63,848 nucleotides of DNA, filler included, from Actinomycetota bacterium (GCA_046725875.1; 3 parts of 3 records of this genome joined end to end with filler, not necessarily neighbours in it), one strand, 5' to 3'; counted from the whole stretch's first letter, positions 28,778 to 39,798 are shown. Notes: generated by a model from the letters alone, not told the origin. Program-made: numbers and translations.

Positions 28778-30070
28778 ATGACAAGCGACGAGCGTGAACC
28801 GGCAACCGGCGCCACGATGGCGGCCGGTCCCGCCGGGCCGGCCACGGCCGCCGTAGGCGGCGAGACGACGACGGCCGAAGAGGCGGCGATCGAGCACCTC
28901 GCCGAGGGTGCGCCGCGCGAGCCCACGGGCATCCGGCTACAGAACGTCACCAAGCGGTTCAAAGGTGGCGTCACGGCCGTCAAGGACGTGACCCTCGACG
29001 TCGTACCCGGCGAGTTTATGGTCCTCGTCGGCCCGTCCGGCTGTGGCAAGTCGACCGTGTTGCGGATCATGGCGGGCCTCGAGGAGTTGTCCGAAGGGCG
29101 CGTCTACCTCGGCGACAAGGACGTGACGAACGAGCTACCGCAGCATCGCGACATCGCCATGGTGTTCCAGAGTTATGCCCTCTACCCGCGGATGACCGTC
29201 CGCCGCAACCTGGGCTTCGGCCTGCGCATGCGCCGCACTCCCAAGGAAGAACGCAACCGTCGGGTCAATGAGGTGGCCGAGATCCTCGGCCTCCAGCACC
29301 TGCTCGGCCGCCGGCCGGGCGCCCTCTCCGGCGGGCAGCGCCAGCGGGTGGCGATGGGCCGCGCGATCGTCCGCGAGCCGCGGGTCTTCCTGATGGACGA
29401 GCCGCTGTCCAACTTGGATGCGAAACTCCGGGTCAGCATGCGGGCGCAACTGTCCCTGCTGCATCAGCGCCTGGGCGTCACCACCGTTTACGTCACCCAC
29501 GACCAGGTCGAGGCGATGACCCTCGGCCAGCGGGTCGCGGTGCTGCGCGACGGCGTCCTGCAGCAGGTCGACACACCCCCAGTACTTTTCCGGCGACCGG
29601 TCAACCTCTTCGTCGCGGCATTCATCGGGTCGCCCTCGATGAACTTCGTGTATGCAAAGATCGCCGATCAAGCGGTCAGCTTTGCCGACGTTAAGATCCC
29701 GCTCCCGGCCACGCCGGTTGCCAAGGAGGACCGGGACGTGATCCTGGGCATCCGCCCGACCGCGTTTGCGCTCGCCTCCGGCGGCGGTAGCTGGGTCCTG
29801 CATGCGATCCCGGAGGTGGTCGAGGAGCTGGGCGACGAGCGGTACGTGATCTTCGACATCGATGCTCCGCGGGTGGACACCGAAGCCACCCGGGCGGCCG
29901 TGGATGCGCGAACGACCGACGACGCCCTCCTACTGCCCGAGGACCGCGCCCGGTTCACGGTCCGCCTGTCGACCGACGCCCGGGTAGCTGCGGGCGAAGC
30001 AATCGCGCTCACGGTCAACCCCGACCGCCTCTACTTCTTCGACCCCGACAGCGGCGCCACCCTGACCTAA
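28778..30070 (+). CDS. Sugar ABC ATPase (MalK/MsiK-like)
   Basis: GPSGCGKST, LSGGQRQRVAMGR, DEPLSNLDAKLR. Confidence 0.93.
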   Translation: MTSDEREPATGATMAAGPAGPATAAVGGETTTAEEAAIEHLAEGAPREPTGIRLQNVTKRFKGGVTAVKDVTLDVVPGEFMVLVGPSGCGKSTVLRIMAGLEELSEGRVYLGDKDVTNELPQHRDIAMVFQSYALYPRMTVRRNLGFGLRMRRTPKEERNRRVNEVAEILGLQHLLGRRPGALSGGQRQRVAMGRAIVREPRVFLMDEPLSNLDAKLRVSMRAQLSLLHQRLGVTTVYVTHDQVEAMTLGQRVAVLRDGVLQQVDTPPVLFRRPVNLFVAAFIGSPSMNFVYAKIADQAVSFADVKIPLPATPVAKEDRDVILGIRPTAFALASGGGSWVLHAIPEVVEELGDERYVIFDIDAPRVDTEATRAAVDARTTDDALLLPEDRARFTVRLSTDARVAAGEAIALTVNPDRLYFFDPDSGATLT

Positions 30071-30112
30071 CCGCCTTCCCCGGCGAGCTCCGGCCGCACG
30101 CCGCCTGGTGCT

Positions 30113-30183
30113 GCTTTATACCCGGTAGCGGGATTTTTCGTGACCGGTCTGTTCCTTTGGCGAACCGCTACTGGGCATAAAGC
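30113..30183. repeat. 19-bp imperfect inverted repeat with 33-nt spacer
   Basis: GCTTTATACCCGGTAGCGG ... CCGCTACTGGGCATAAAGC (17/19). Confidence 0.6.
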
Positions 30184-30352
30184 GACGATGGCCGGCGTAA
30201 GGCGGGGCTTAGCGTTGACTTCCTGGTGGTGCGGGCGACGCATTGGAGAAGCAAGTACGGGTAGGGTCGCAGACCGTGGCGAACAGTGCGGCGAGGTCTC
30301 CCATTCGGGAGTACTCATTGCCGGCCGGTAGACGGCCAGCGGGAGCCGCCCG

Positions 30353-32044
30353 GTGCGCACCGAGATGAAGACGGCGCCGGCCGACCAGCGCCTACTGCCT
30401 CAGCAGCGATCGCTCCTTCGTACGCGGTCTGGTGGCCGCCTGCCGGGTTCCGTGCGGCGGCTCGCCCGCGGACCGGCACGCATGGCCCACCGGCTCGCTC
30501 GGGATCGGTGGCTGCAGGCGGGCTTCTTCCTGGTGCTGTCATTGCTCACCCACTTGCCGGGGTTCACCCGTGCCCTGTGGAACCCGGACGAGGCATTCCT
30601 CGGAACGCAGGCACGAGTCCTCGCGGACGGCGGTCAGCTCTACGTTGACGTGGTCGACCGCAAGCCACCCATACTTCCGTATGTCTATACGGCAGCAGTG
30701 ACGGTCGCAGGCCACGATGCGATCTGGGTAATGCGCGGCCTCGCAGTGCTCGCCCATACCGCGACGGCCCTGCTACTGGCCATGATTGCCCGGCATCTCT
30801 GGGACCGGCGAGCCGGTCTCGCCGCCGGCACCTTCTACATACTGGCGAGTCCGGGGCTGGCCCCGGACGACGCTCAGCTCGCCAGCTTCGAGACCTTCAT
30901 GCTGCCGCCGATGGTGGGCGCGGTTTATCTCGCATTGCGGGGCCGCTTCGGGTGGGCCGGCCTCGCGCTTGCCGGTGCAACCCTAACGAAGCAGGTCGCC
31001 GGCGCCACGCTCCTCCCACTTGCGGTCCTCGCCCTCACCGGCCGTCGTTCGGATGACCGGCGCCTTCAGACGACAGGTCCAGGTGAAGGAAGCCTTCACC
31101 GCTCATCGGCTCGCGTACGGGTGCCCCACATGCGCGGTCACCCGCTGGTCGCCTGGACGCCCCGAAGGCTCAGAGCCCGCGTTGTCACGCGGTCAGGTGT
31201 ACGGGTGATGCAGCTAGCGCGGCTGCTCGCCGCCTACCTGCTCCCGATCGGCATCGTAGCGGTGCTGTTTGGCTGGGGCCGGTTCTGGTTCTGGGTGATG
31301 ACCGGATCGGGGGAGTACCTCGATGCGAGCGGCGCGATCCCATATGCGCTATCCCGCGGTTTCGCCAATCTCGGGCTACTCGCTCTTGGAAGCCTGCCGC
31401 TTGTGCTGCTCGCGCTGGTCGCGGTGTGGACTCGGTCGGTGAAGCTGGTGTGGTGGCTGTGGCTGGCGTCCGCCGTGGCTGCCGTCTCGGTCGGCCTGCG
31501 GTTCTTTGGCCATTACTACCTGCAGATCGTCCCGCCACTGGTAATCGTGGGCGTTGGCGTCTTGAGCATGTACGGGACGCGCGTGTGGCGCGCGGCGCTG
31601 CTCGCCGGTCTTGTGCCCGCCGTCGTATTCACCGCGCTGGCCTTCAATTGGGGAGACGGTCGCAACGCGCACTCAGAGAAGCTGGCGTCGGCGATTCGTG
31701 CGCTCTCCGCGCCCGCCGACCGGCTCCTGGTCTGGGGAATGAATCCGGAGGTGTACTGGCTCGCCGACCGTCCACCGGCCACCCGGTTCATCACCGCCGG
31801 CTTCCTAACCAACGCCGGGGGCGGGCGACCGTCCTGGCGAGTCGGCGCCGACTATGCCGTCCAGGGCGGCTGGCGAGACTTCGACCACGATGTGCGCGCG
31901 CATCCGCCCGATCTCATCGTCGACGACTCCGCCGACTCGGCCGTCGCGATTGCGTCGGCGCCGAGGGTGGCGGCTCTCATTGGGAACGGCGACTATGTCG
32001 AGGTCGCACGGGTTGAGGGCGCCGTGATCTATAGGCGGCGATAG
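30353..32044 (+). CDS. GT-C fold membrane glycosyltransferase (GT39/ArnT-like); start may be 30482
   Basis: WNPDEAF...LY.DVVDRKPP, many TM helices, RFFGHYYLQ. Confidence 0.8.
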   Translation: MRTEMKTAPADQRLLPQQRSLLRTRSGGRLPGSVRRLARGPARMAHRLARDRWLQAGFFLVLSLLTHLPGFTRALWNPDEAFLGTQARVLADGGQLYVDVVDRKPPILPYVYTAAVTVAGHDAIWVMRGLAVLAHTATALLLAMIARHLWDRRAGLAAGTFYILASPGLAPDDAQLASFETFMLPPMVGAVYLALRGRFGWAGLALAGATLTKQVAGATLLPLAVLALTGRRSDDRRLQTTGPGEGSLHRSSARVRVPHMRGHPLVAWTPRRLRARVVTRSGVRVMQLARLLAAYLLPIGIVAVLFGWGRFWFWVMTGSGEYLDASGAIPYALSRGFANLGLLALGSLPLVLLALVAVWTRSVKLVWWLWLASAVAAVSVGLRFFGHYYLQIVPPLVIVGVGVLSMYGTRVWRAALLAGLVPAVVFTALAFNWGDGRNAHSEKLASAIRALSAPADRLLVWGMNPEVYWLADRPPATRFITAGFLTNAGGGRPSWRVGADYAVQGGWRDFDHDVRAHPPDLIVDDSADSAVAIASAPRVAALIGNGDYVEVARVEGAVIYRRR

Positions 32045-32309
32045 GCACCGGGCTGGCTATGGCGGCCGGTACTGCCGTTTGCTTAGACGAGTCCGGTGGG
32101 GGCGCCGGCGCATAGCTCGATCTGGCCCGCCATGGCCCTGCTCCCGGCCGTTCCGTGCGTGAAGGCACCGATCGGCACGATCCAGCGTCCCGCCAGAAGC
32201 GTACGGACCCTCCAGAATGCCGGCCCATCATCGACGAGTTCGCAAACGTCGTCACCTTGGCGTGAAACCGATCGCAATGGTGATCGCAACCAGCGCCGCA
32301 TGGGTTGCC

Positions 32310-32468
32310 CGGCAGCCGATCTCGCCTCCCGTAGAAGCCGGCCGGCCGGTCGCCAGCGGCCAGCTCGACCGGCCGATTGTCAAGCATGTGGCTCGGCGAG
32401 CCGCCGCTGACGCCCTGCTCTCGCACGTCGAGGACCTCCGCCTCCGACGTGGCGGTCTCGGCGCTCAC
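32310..32468 (-). pseudogene. Probable N-terminal fragment of an actinobacterial membrane protein
   Basis: VLDVREQGVSGGSPSHMLD..VELAAGDRPAGFY resembles a recurrent ELRVHGVSG..ML...VAGD..GF N-terminus; sequence becomes non-protein-like afterwards. Confidence 0.35.
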
Positions 32469-32580
32469 GGGTACCCCGCAGTCTGGGACAGTGCCGAATC
32501 GAATCGGCTAGCCAAAAATCAGCAGCGGCAGCTTCACGCACCCTGTCTTCGGCCCGAATTCGATCAGGCTGAGGTGCGAT

Positions 32581-32695
32581 GACCACACTTTGATCAACGG
32601 TTGGATCGGACGCTGGCATTTCTGCCTCATGAATTCGGCGTTTCCGTCACGCACGATTGCCACCGTTCGATCCAAAGCATGATCAAAGTGCGGCC
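32581..32695. repeat. Long gapless imperfect inverted repeat (45-nt arms, 25-nt loop)
   Basis: CACTTTGATCA/TGATCAAAGTG, TTGGATCGGACG/CGTTCGATCCAA and TGGCA/TGCCA all share one axis. Confidence 0.75.
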
Positions 32696-32838
32696 GGCGT
32701 ACCACAGATTGATCCATTTGTTGACCGAGTTACAGCAGATTTGCCATGGCCTGATCCAGCCTGAACCCGCAGCGTGGGCGCGGGCCGTCGCTTGATCCAG
32801 AGCGGCGCATACCGGCCCGCATCGTACGAAATCCTTGA

Positions 32839-34437
32839 TCACTTAGTCCCATTGGCGAGGTCGCGCAGGATCTCCCGGCTGGCGAGCTTGCCCGGGGCGC
32901 CGATGACACAGCCGCCCGGATGAGTCCCCGACCCGCACTGGTAATAGCCCTCGAGCGGCGTACGGTACTGGCTCCACCCCGGCGCCGGTCGGAAGAAGTA
33001 CATCTGCGGTGCCAGAAACTCCCCGGCGAAGATGTTGCCTTCCGACAGGCCGACCACGCGCTCGATGTCCAGCGGCGTAACCACCTCGCGATGCAGGACC
33101 AGGTCGCCGAAACCGGGGAAGTGCGACTCCAGGACCGCCTGCACCGTGTCGGCGAACCGATCCCGCTCCGCGTCCCAGTCCCCGTCCTTGAGGTGGTAAG
33201 GCGCGTACTGGATGAAGCATGACATCACGTGCTTGCCCGGTGGGGCCATGTCCGGGTCGACGACCGACTGGATCGCACCATCGATGAACGGCCGGGAGCT
33301 GTACCAGCCGTACTTGGCGTCGTCGAACGCTCGTTCGAGGTATTCCATCGTCGGGCCGACGTTGATGAAGCCGCGGTAGTGGTCGGTGCGGTCGCCTAGC
33401 GCGGGATAGACCGGCAGCGCGTCGAGAGCGAAGTTGACCTTGGCGGAGGTGCCCTGGAAGCGGAGTCGGGTGATGCCCTCGACCAGGTCGCCCGGCAGCT
33501 CGCGGCGGTCGACCAGCTCGAGAAAGGTCTGCCGCGGGTCGAGCGCGCTGACCACGGTGCCGGCAGCGAGCTCGGTGCCATCGGCCAGCGCGACCCCGGT
33601 CGCCCGACCGTCCCGAGTGAGCACGGTTGCTACCGGCGATTCCAGCCGGATCTCCGCGCCGTACGCCTGCGCGGCTCGCGCCAGCACCTGGGTGAAGCCG
33701 CCGTTACCGCCCTTGTGGAATCCCCACGCTCCGAACTCGCCGTCGTGCTCGCCCAGCTTGTGGTAGAGCAAGACCAGCCCGGAGCCCTGCGACATCGGCC
33801 CGACCTTGGTCCCGATGATCCCGGACGAGGCCAGGTAGCCCTTGACGATGTCGCTGTCGAAATAGTCGTCGAGGAAGTCGGCCGCCGACCCGGTGAGCAG
33901 CCTGACCAGGTCGTGCATGACCTTCGGCTCCACGCCGCCGAGGTGGTTGGCCAGGTCGGCCACGGCCTCGAGGTCCTCCGGCGCCTTGCCCCAAAGGTTC
34001 GGGGGCGCCTTGTCCAGCAGCGGCTTGACCACCTGGCAGACCCGGTACATGTCGTGCTTGTAGCGCCCCCAGGCGTCCGCATCGTGCTTTGAGTGCCGCC
34101 TGATCTCCTGAACGTTTTCGTCGTCGTCCGGGCCGACGATGAGATAGTCGCCGTTCTCCATTGGGGCGAAGGACGAAGGCATCTCGATCGGCAAAAAGCC
34201 GTGCTCGACCAGCTGCAGCTCCTGGACGATATCGGGTCGGAGCAGGCTCAACGCGTACGAGAACGTCGTGAAGTGGAAGCCGGGGTAAAGCTCCTCGGTG
34301 ATCGCGGCGCCACCGACGAGATGGCGACGCTCGAGAATCAGGGTCCGCAGGCCGGCCTTCGCCAGATACGCGCCGCAGACGAGGCCGTTATGGCCGCCGC
34401 CGACGACGATCGCGTCGTACTCGGTGCTGGGTGTCAT
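32839..34437 (-). CDS. Phytoene desaturase-like FAD-dependent oxidoreductase (PYROXD2-like)
   Basis: VGGGHNGLV, ER...GGAA.TEE, TPLDIE...GNIF, CGSGTHPGG. Confidence 0.88.
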   Translation of the reverse strand: MTPSTEYDAIVVGGGHNGLVCGAYLAKAGLRTLILERRHLVGGAAITEELYPGFHFTTFSYALSLLRPDIVQELQLVEHGFLPIEMPSSFAPMENGDYLIVGPDDDENVQEIRRHSKHDADAWGRYKHDMYRVCQVVKPLLDKAPPNLWGKAPEDLEAVADLANHLGGVEPKVMHDLVRLLTGSAADFLDDYFDSDIVKGYLASSGIIGTKVGPMSQGSGLVLLYHKLGEHDGEFGAWGFHKGGNGGFTQVLARAAQAYGAEIRLESPVATVLTRDGRATGVALADGTELAAGTVVSALDPRQTFLELVDRRELPGDLVEGITRLRFQGTSAKVNFALDALPVYPALGDRTDHYRGFINVGPTMEYLERAFDDAKYGWYSSRPFIDGAIQSVVDPDMAPPGKHVMSCFIQYAPYHLKDGDWDAERDRFADTVQAVLESHFPGFGDLVLHREVVTPLDIERVVGLSEGNIFAGEFLAPQMYFFRPAPGWSQYRTPLEGYYQCGSGTHPGGCVIGAPGKLASREILRDLANGTK

Positions 34438-35642
34438 GGTTGGGCCGTCTTTCGCTCGGGGTTGAACAGCGGCAGCCGAGCCACCCGGGATCGGACCCGC
34501 TGGTACGCGTGGTCGATCGTGATCTCGACAGCTACCTGCGTGTCAGGTGCGGCATATGCCGGCCGAAGGCGGGCCAGGCCGACGTGGCGCTGCAGCACGG
34601 GAGAGTACATCAGCGTGGTGGCATAGCCGATCCGGTCGGAGTCGTCGGCGTCGTACACCATCGACTCGTACGGTAGCGGCGTCGAGTCCTTCGGCGGGAT
34701 CAGACCGGCTTCGGTGTGCAGCCGGTCATACTCGCGCCAGTCGAGCACGATGCCCACCATGGCCCAGCGCGTGGTGTTGCCGGCGAGCTCGTGTCGGATC
34801 GCGTCGCGCCCGATGAACGGCCGGCCGTCGTCTTCGATGCCCCGCAGCATCCAGCCCAGGCCGAGTTCCTTCGCCGTGAAGCGGTCTTGGTCGGTGTAGG
34901 CCAGCCGGCTCGAGCTGAACTCCCGGTCGATCAGCAGCAGGCCGGCTTCGATCCGGGCCATGAGCAGCGCCTCCTCGCCGTACGGGCGGATGCCGTGGCC
35001 AGCGCCGGCGTCGAGCACAGCGTCGAGTACGGCAACCGCGTCGTCGGCCGGCACGAAGATCTCGAAGCCTAGGTCGCCGGTGTATCCGGTCCGCGAGATC
35101 GTGACCGAGACGGTACCGATCTTGGTGGCGCAGTGGTCGAAGTACCGCAGGCCGTTGACGTCGGGAGTCAGCGTGCCCAGGACCGTTCGGGACCGTGGCC
35201 CTTGGACGGCGAGCACACCGTAGTCGTCGCTGACGTCCTCGATCGCGACCTCGTAGCCGCGGGCGAGGTCGCTAAGGTAGCCCAGGTTCGGGCGCGCCGC
35301 GGTCAGGAAGAATTCCGTGTCGGAGTGGCGGAAGAAGACACCGTCCTCGAGCACGTAACCGCGCTCGTCGCACCACACCGAGTACTGTGCGTGGCCGGGC
35401 CGGCACCTCCGGATGTCTCGGGTGAGTACGCCGGCAAGGTAGCGCTCGGCGTCGCGCCCCCGGATCCAGTACTTGAACAACTGCGAGGTGTCGAACACCC
35501 CGACGCTGTTGCGGATCGCGAAGTACTCGTGCTTGGCCGACATGTCGTACTTGATCGCGGACAGGTGGCCGGACCAGTGGGTCCACAGCCCGGTGCGGTT
35601 GAGCTCCGCCAGCCGTTCGTAGAACGGGGTGGTTTTGACCAT
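34434..35642 (-). CDS. Aminomethyltransferase (GcvT-like folate-binding) protein
   Basis: KTTPF, IRNSVGVFDTS, AVQGPRS, SRTGYTGDLGFE, RIEAG; ATGA overlap with the downstream oxidoreductase. Confidence 0.9.
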   Translation of the reverse strand: MVKTTPFYERLAELNRTGLWTHWSGHLSAIKYDMSAKHEYFAIRNSVGVFDTSQLFKYWIRGRDAERYLAGVLTRDIRRCRPGHAQYSVWCDERGYVLEDGVFFRHSDTEFFLTAARPNLGYLSDLARGYEVAIEDVSDDYGVLAVQGPRSRTVLGTLTPDVNGLRYFDHCATKIGTVSVTISRTGYTGDLGFEIFVPADDAVAVLDAVLDAGAGHGIRPYGEEALLMARIEAGLLLIDREFSSSRLAYTDQDRFTAKELGLGWMLRGIEDDGRPFIGRDAIRHELAGNTTRWAMVGIVLDWREYDRLHTEAGLIPPKDSTPLPYESMVYDADDSDRIGYATTLMYSPVLQRHVGLARLRPAYAAPDTQVAVEITIDHAYQRVRSRVARLPLFNPERKTAQP

Positions 35643-35683
35643 GTCCGCACCCTAGGTGCTTACGCGTCGGCTTGGGTATCCCC

Positions 35684-35703
35684 TACTGACTCATCGATCA
35701 GTA
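35684..35703. promoter_or_regulatory. Palindromic operator, copy 1
   Basis: TACTGAC-TCATCG-ATCAGTA. Confidence 0.7.
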
Positions 35704-35804
35704 CTAGGGATCAGCAGTGACCGTGGCCACGGCCGGCTGCGCTTTCGTCGAACCTCACGGACAAGTAACACCGATGTGACGCTTGGGACGTCCCGGCTTG
35801 CCGA

Positions 35805-35824
35805 GACTGATGTATCGATCAGTA
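35805..35824. promoter_or_regulatory. Palindromic operator, copy 2
   Basis: GACTGAT-GTATCG-ATCAGTA. Confidence 0.65.
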
Positions 35825-35881
35825 TCGTGACATCGCTGGCGTCGGGCGATACCCTCTGTTCGGCGCAGGAGGAGGAAGATC

Positions 35882-36799
35882 ATGCGAAGGTCTCCGATTG
35901 TCCTGTCGGTGCTCTCCGTGCTGGCCCTGGCCGTCGCCGGGTGCGGGTCGGACGACGATGACAACACCGGCGCGGCACCGAGCGCGGCAGCGACCGGAAG
36001 TGTCTGCGAGAAGAACCAGACCACTGGAGATCTCCTCGCCCAGGTCTGTGACCGGGGCAAGATCATGGTTTCGACCGACCCGGCTTACCCGCCGCAGTCA
36101 TCGCTGGACGAGAAGACCGGCAAGTACGAGGGCTTCGACATCGACGTGGCCACCGAGATCGCCGACCGGCTCGGCGTTGACATCGGGTGGCAAACGCCAC
36201 AGTGGGACGTCATCACGGCCGGCAGCTGGAACGGCCGTTGGGACATGAGCGTCGGCTCGATGACCCCGACAAACGATCGGCAGAAGGTGCTCGACTTCAC
36301 CGAGCCGTACTACTACACCCCGGCAGTCGTGGTGGTGCACAAGGACAACACTTCGGTCCAGGACCTGTCGACCAACCTGGATGGTGCCGATATCGGTGTC
36401 TGCAGTGCCTGCACATACGAGCAATATCTGGACAAGAAGCTTGACATCAAGGGCTACACGTTCGACTTCGTCATCGACAACGCGAAGGTCCACGGCTATG
36501 ACACCGACACGACCGCGCTGCAGGACCTGGCCCTGGGTGACGGCACCCGACTCGACGCGGTGATCACGTCCCTGACGACGGCACAGGGCTTCGAAGACAG
36601 CGGTAAGCCAGTGAAGATCGTCGGCGACCCGGTCTTCTACGAGCCGCTCGCGGTCTCGTTCGACAAGAGTTCGCAGGCCGACGACACGAGCCTGGTCCAG
36701 GCGGTGGACGGCATCGTCAAGGAGATGCATTCCGACGGCACCCTGACCGAGCTGTCGAAGAAGTGGTACGACGGAACAGACCTCACGGTCCAACAGTGA
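35882..36799 (+). CDS. Polar amino acid ABC substrate-binding lipoprotein
   Basis: Lipobox VAGC, STDPAYPP, GFDIDVA, GSMTPT.DR..LDFT.PYY. Confidence 0.92.
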   Translation: MRRSPIVLSVLSVLALAVAGCGSDDDDNTGAAPSAAATGSVCEKNQTTGDLLAQVCDRGKIMVSTDPAYPPQSSLDEKTGKYEGFDIDVATEIADRLGVDIGWQTPQWDVITAGSWNGRWDMSVGSMTPTNDRQKVLDFTEPYYYTPAVVVVHKDNTSVQDLSTNLDGADIGVCSACTYEQYLDKKLDIKGYTFDFVIDNAKVHGYDTDTTALQDLALGDGTRLDAVITSLTTAQGFEDSGKPVKIVGDPVFYEPLAVSFDKSSQADDTSLVQAVDGIVKEMHSDGTLTELSKKWYDGTDLTVQQ

Positions 36800-37737
36800 C
36801 GTCGGTGGGCGACCGGCTGGACCGGCTGGGCGCCGCTAGTGCCCGGGTCCCCTTCCGGCTGAAGGTGGCGCTCGTCTGGGTCGCCCTCTTTGCCGTGCTG
36901 GCCGGGGTCTTCGCCGCTGCCCAGTTCGACACGGACTGGATGCGGGACCAGTTGTGGTACATCGCCCAGGGGCTGCGGTACACGCTCTACATCGCCGTCG
37001 GTGGCATCGCGCTGGCGATCGTGCTCGCCCTGCTCGGTGCTCTCGCGCGCATCTCGTCGAACCCGATTGCGTATGGGATCTCCGGTTTCTATGTGTCGTT
37101 CTTCCGCGGCACGCCGCTGATCGTACAGATGTTCCTCATTTACCTGGCCATGCCGCAGATCGGGATCAACCTGCACGACCGCTATCCCGATGTCTTCCCG
37201 CAGTCGTTCGCCAACTCGCTCGTCCTGGACGCCGCGGTCGCCGGGACGATCGCCCTCGGGCTCAACTACGGCGCCTATATGACCGAGATCTTCCGAGCGG
37301 GCATCCAGTCGGTCGCGGCCGGCCAGGGGGAGGCGGCCGATGCGCTCGGCATGACCTACGGGCAGAAGATGCGGAAGGTCGTGCTGCCGCAGGGCTTCCG
37401 GGTGATCATCCCGCCGACCGGGAACGAGTTCATCGCGATGATGAAGGACACGGCGCTCGTCTCGTTCCTGGGCGTGACGGCGGCCAACGCCGAGATCTTC
37501 CGCCGAGCGCAGCTGGTCGGCAAGGCGGACTTCAAGAATCTCGAGGCGTATGTGATCGCTGCCGGTCTGTACTGGGGGCTGACCGTTATCTTCACCTTCT
37601 TCCAGCGCAGGCTGGAGACCCGGGTGTCGCGCGGGTACGTCCGCACGGCAGCACTTCCGCGCGATCATGACCTGCCACCACCCGAGCCGCTACCGCATGG
37701 CAAGGGCGGCGGCATCGCAGGCGGCGGCGTCGCATGA
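36796..37737 (+). CDS. Polar amino acid ABC permease
   Basis: [34 protein letters not shown] overlap. Confidence 0.92.
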   Translation: MTSVGDRLDRLGAASARVPFRLKVALVWVALFAVLAGVFAAAQFDTDWMRDQLWYIAQGLRYTLYIAVGGIALAIVLALLGALARISSNPIAYGISGFYVSFFRGTPLIVQMFLIYLAMPQIGINLHDRYPDVFPQSFANSLVLDAAVAGTIALGLNYGAYMTEIFRAGIQSVAAGQGEAADALGMTYGQKMRKVVLPQGFRVIIPPTGNEFIAMMKDTALVSFLGVTAANAEIFRRAQLVGKADFKNLEAYVIAAGLYWGLTVIFTFFQRRLETRVSRGYVRTAALPRDHDLPPPEPLPHGKGGGIAGGGVA

Positions 37738-38597
37738 GCGCGCCGCAGTCCGACGGTCTCGCGCCCGCAGGTACCACGCTCGGGATCCGAGACGACGTGT
37801 CAGAGCGCAAAACCGTACGCGTGACCGCGGAGACAAGTCGCATGAACGAGGTCGTCATCCGGGTCGATAACCTGCACAAGCGGTTCGGCCAGCTCGAGGT
37901 GGTCAGGGGCGTCGACCTGGAGCTACGCGGGGGGGAGGTCGTCGTGGTATTCGGCCGGTCAGGATCGGGCAAGTCGACCCTGCTGCGTTGCATCAACTTC
38001 CTCGAGGATCCGACGCGAGGCACGATCGAAGTGGCCGGCATGCGGCTGTCCGGCGGCCACCGCACTCGCCGAAAGCGCGAGCAGATCCGCCGGCTTCGGC
38101 TGCACGTCGGGATGGTCTTCCAGCAGTTCAACCTCTTCCCACACATGACGGCTCTGGAAAACGTGATGGTCGCGCCGGTGTCCGCCGGCCTCGGTCCCCG
38201 GGCCGTGCTGCGGGCTCGGGCGGTCGAGCAGCTCGAGCGGGTGGGCCTGCTGGACAAGGCCGACGAGCATCCGATCCGGTTGTCGGGCGGCCAGCAGCAG
38301 CGGGTGGCGATCGCTCGTGCTCTGGCGATGCAGCCGGACGCGATGCTCTTCGACGAGCCGACCTCGGCACTTGACCCTGAGCTCATCGGAGAGGTGCTGG
38401 CCGTGATGAAGTCGCTCGCGACCGACGTGCACATGCCGATGATCGTCATCACTCACGAGATGGGCTTCGCGCGCGAGGTCGCCGACCGGATGATGTTCTT
38501 CCACGAGGGCGTGATCTGGGAGGAGGGGTCCCCGGACAAGATCTTCGATGCCACCCAGCGGCCGGAGACGCGGCGGTTCCTCGACGCTGTGCTCTGA
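37734..38597 (+). CDS. Polar amino acid ABC ATPase
   Basis: [41 protein letters not shown]. Confidence 0.93.
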   Translation: MSAPQSDGLAPAGTTLGIRDDVSERKTVRVTAETSRMNEVVIRVDNLHKRFGQLEVVRGVDLELRGGEVVVVFGRSGSGKSTLLRCINFLEDPTRGTIEVAGMRLSGGHRTRRKREQIRRLRLHVGMVFQQFNLFPHMTALENVMVAPVSAGLGPRAVLRARAVEQLERVGLLDKADEHPIRLSGGQQQRVAIARALAMQPDAMLFDEPTSALDPELIGEVLAVMKSLATDVHMPMIVITHEMGFAREVADRMMFFHEGVIWEEGSPDKIFDATQRPETRRFLDAVL

Positions 38598-38685
38598 ACC
38601 GGCCGACGCGACCTTCCGGTGGCTCCCAGATGCCGGCCTGGGTGCGCACGGCACGCCGGATCACGACATGGACCGGGTGTGCGGC

Positions 38686-39798
38686 TCAACTCGTGTAGGC
38701 GGCGCAGACCATCGCGACGAACTGCCCGACGGCATCCTCGCGGGGGGCGAATGGGCCGGGTTGGAAGTGCGGCGAGCCGACTCCGCGCTGGACCGACTCG
38801 CAGGCGGCCCAGTCCTGCCGGTTGGTCAGGTCCCAGAAGTCGACGGCGTAGGCCGGGTCGACCTCCTCGTCGGCGAAGTACCAGCTGCACTCGATCCAGG
38901 TCCGGTCGGGCGCGACGGGCACCAGCCGGTGCGTCATGACATAGTCCGGGTGGGCCGAGACCAGCAGGTTGGGCCATATCTGGACGTACTCCACCACCCG
39001 CGCGTCGACGCCGGGAATCGGAGTGCCGGCGGACTGGCCGGTGAGCGACATCGTGGCCATCTGCTCGCGCAGATACATCCGGCCGCCGACCCATTGGCCG
39101 GGCAGGTCGTAGTTGCTGCCGGAGTCAGGTGGTGACACACGGCAAAGCTCGGGGTGGATTCGCGGGCAGTGGTAGCACTCGTGGTAGTTCTCGCACACCA
39201 CTTTCCAGTTGGCGGCGACGTCATAGGTGTGCCGGGCGCGGCGGACCAGCCGCTCGGCGCCGTACGGTGCGAGGACTGGCTCGAGTGCGCCGATGTGATC
39301 GGCAAAGTCTGGCTCTCCTTGGCCGAGCGCTGTGGCCGCATGGCAGAAGACCCAGCCGTGCCAGGTCACGACCGGCACCTCAACCAAGCGGTACTCATCG
39401 GGGTCGAAGCCCTCGGCGTCGCGGAAACCCGGTGCCTGCTGCAGCATGCCATCCAGGGTGTACGACCAGGCGTGGTAGGGACACACCACGGACCGGCGCG
39501 AGCTCGACTGACCGGCCGGCAACAGCTCGTGGCCGCGGTGCCGGCAGATGTTGGCGAACGCCCGCATGCCCTCCGCGGTCCAGGTCAGCAGCACGCCAAG
39601 GTCACCAACCGCCACGGCCCGCTGTCCGGCCGTGTCCTCGGCAACCTCGTCGGCTCGGCCGAGGCAGTACCAGCTGCCGGCGAACACCTGACGCTGCTCC
39701 CAGGCGTACACGTCGGCCGAGGTGTACGCCGCTCCTGGCAGCATCGCCGAACCGTCGTGCCGCCGCGCGGCCTCGAGCACCGCGTCCAAAACCGTCAT
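38686..39798 (-). CDS. Rieske oxygenase alpha subunit (glycine-betaine/choline monooxygenase-like)
   Basis: CRHRG...CPYHAW Rieske site; ENYHECYHC..IHP and QDW..CE.VQ.G iron site; start uncertain (39798 or 39888). Confidence 0.9.
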   Translation of the reverse strand: MTVLDAVLEAARRHDGSAMLPGAAYTSADVYAWEQRQVFAGSWYCLGRADEVAEDTAGQRAVAVGDLGVLLTWTAEGMRAFANICRHRGHELLPAGQSSSRRSVVCPYHAWSYTLDGMLQQAPGFRDAEGFDPDEYRLVEVPVVTWHGWVFCHAATALGQGEPDFADHIGALEPVLAPYGAERLVRRARHTYDVAANWKVVCENYHECYHCPRIHPELCRVSPPDSGSNYDLPGQWVGGRMYLREQMATMSLTGQSAGTPIPGVDARVVEYVQIWPNLLVSAHPDYVMTHRLVPVAPDRTWIECSWYFADEEVDPAYAVDFWDLTNRQDWAACESVQRGVGSPHFQPGPFAPREDAVGQFVAMVCAAYTS

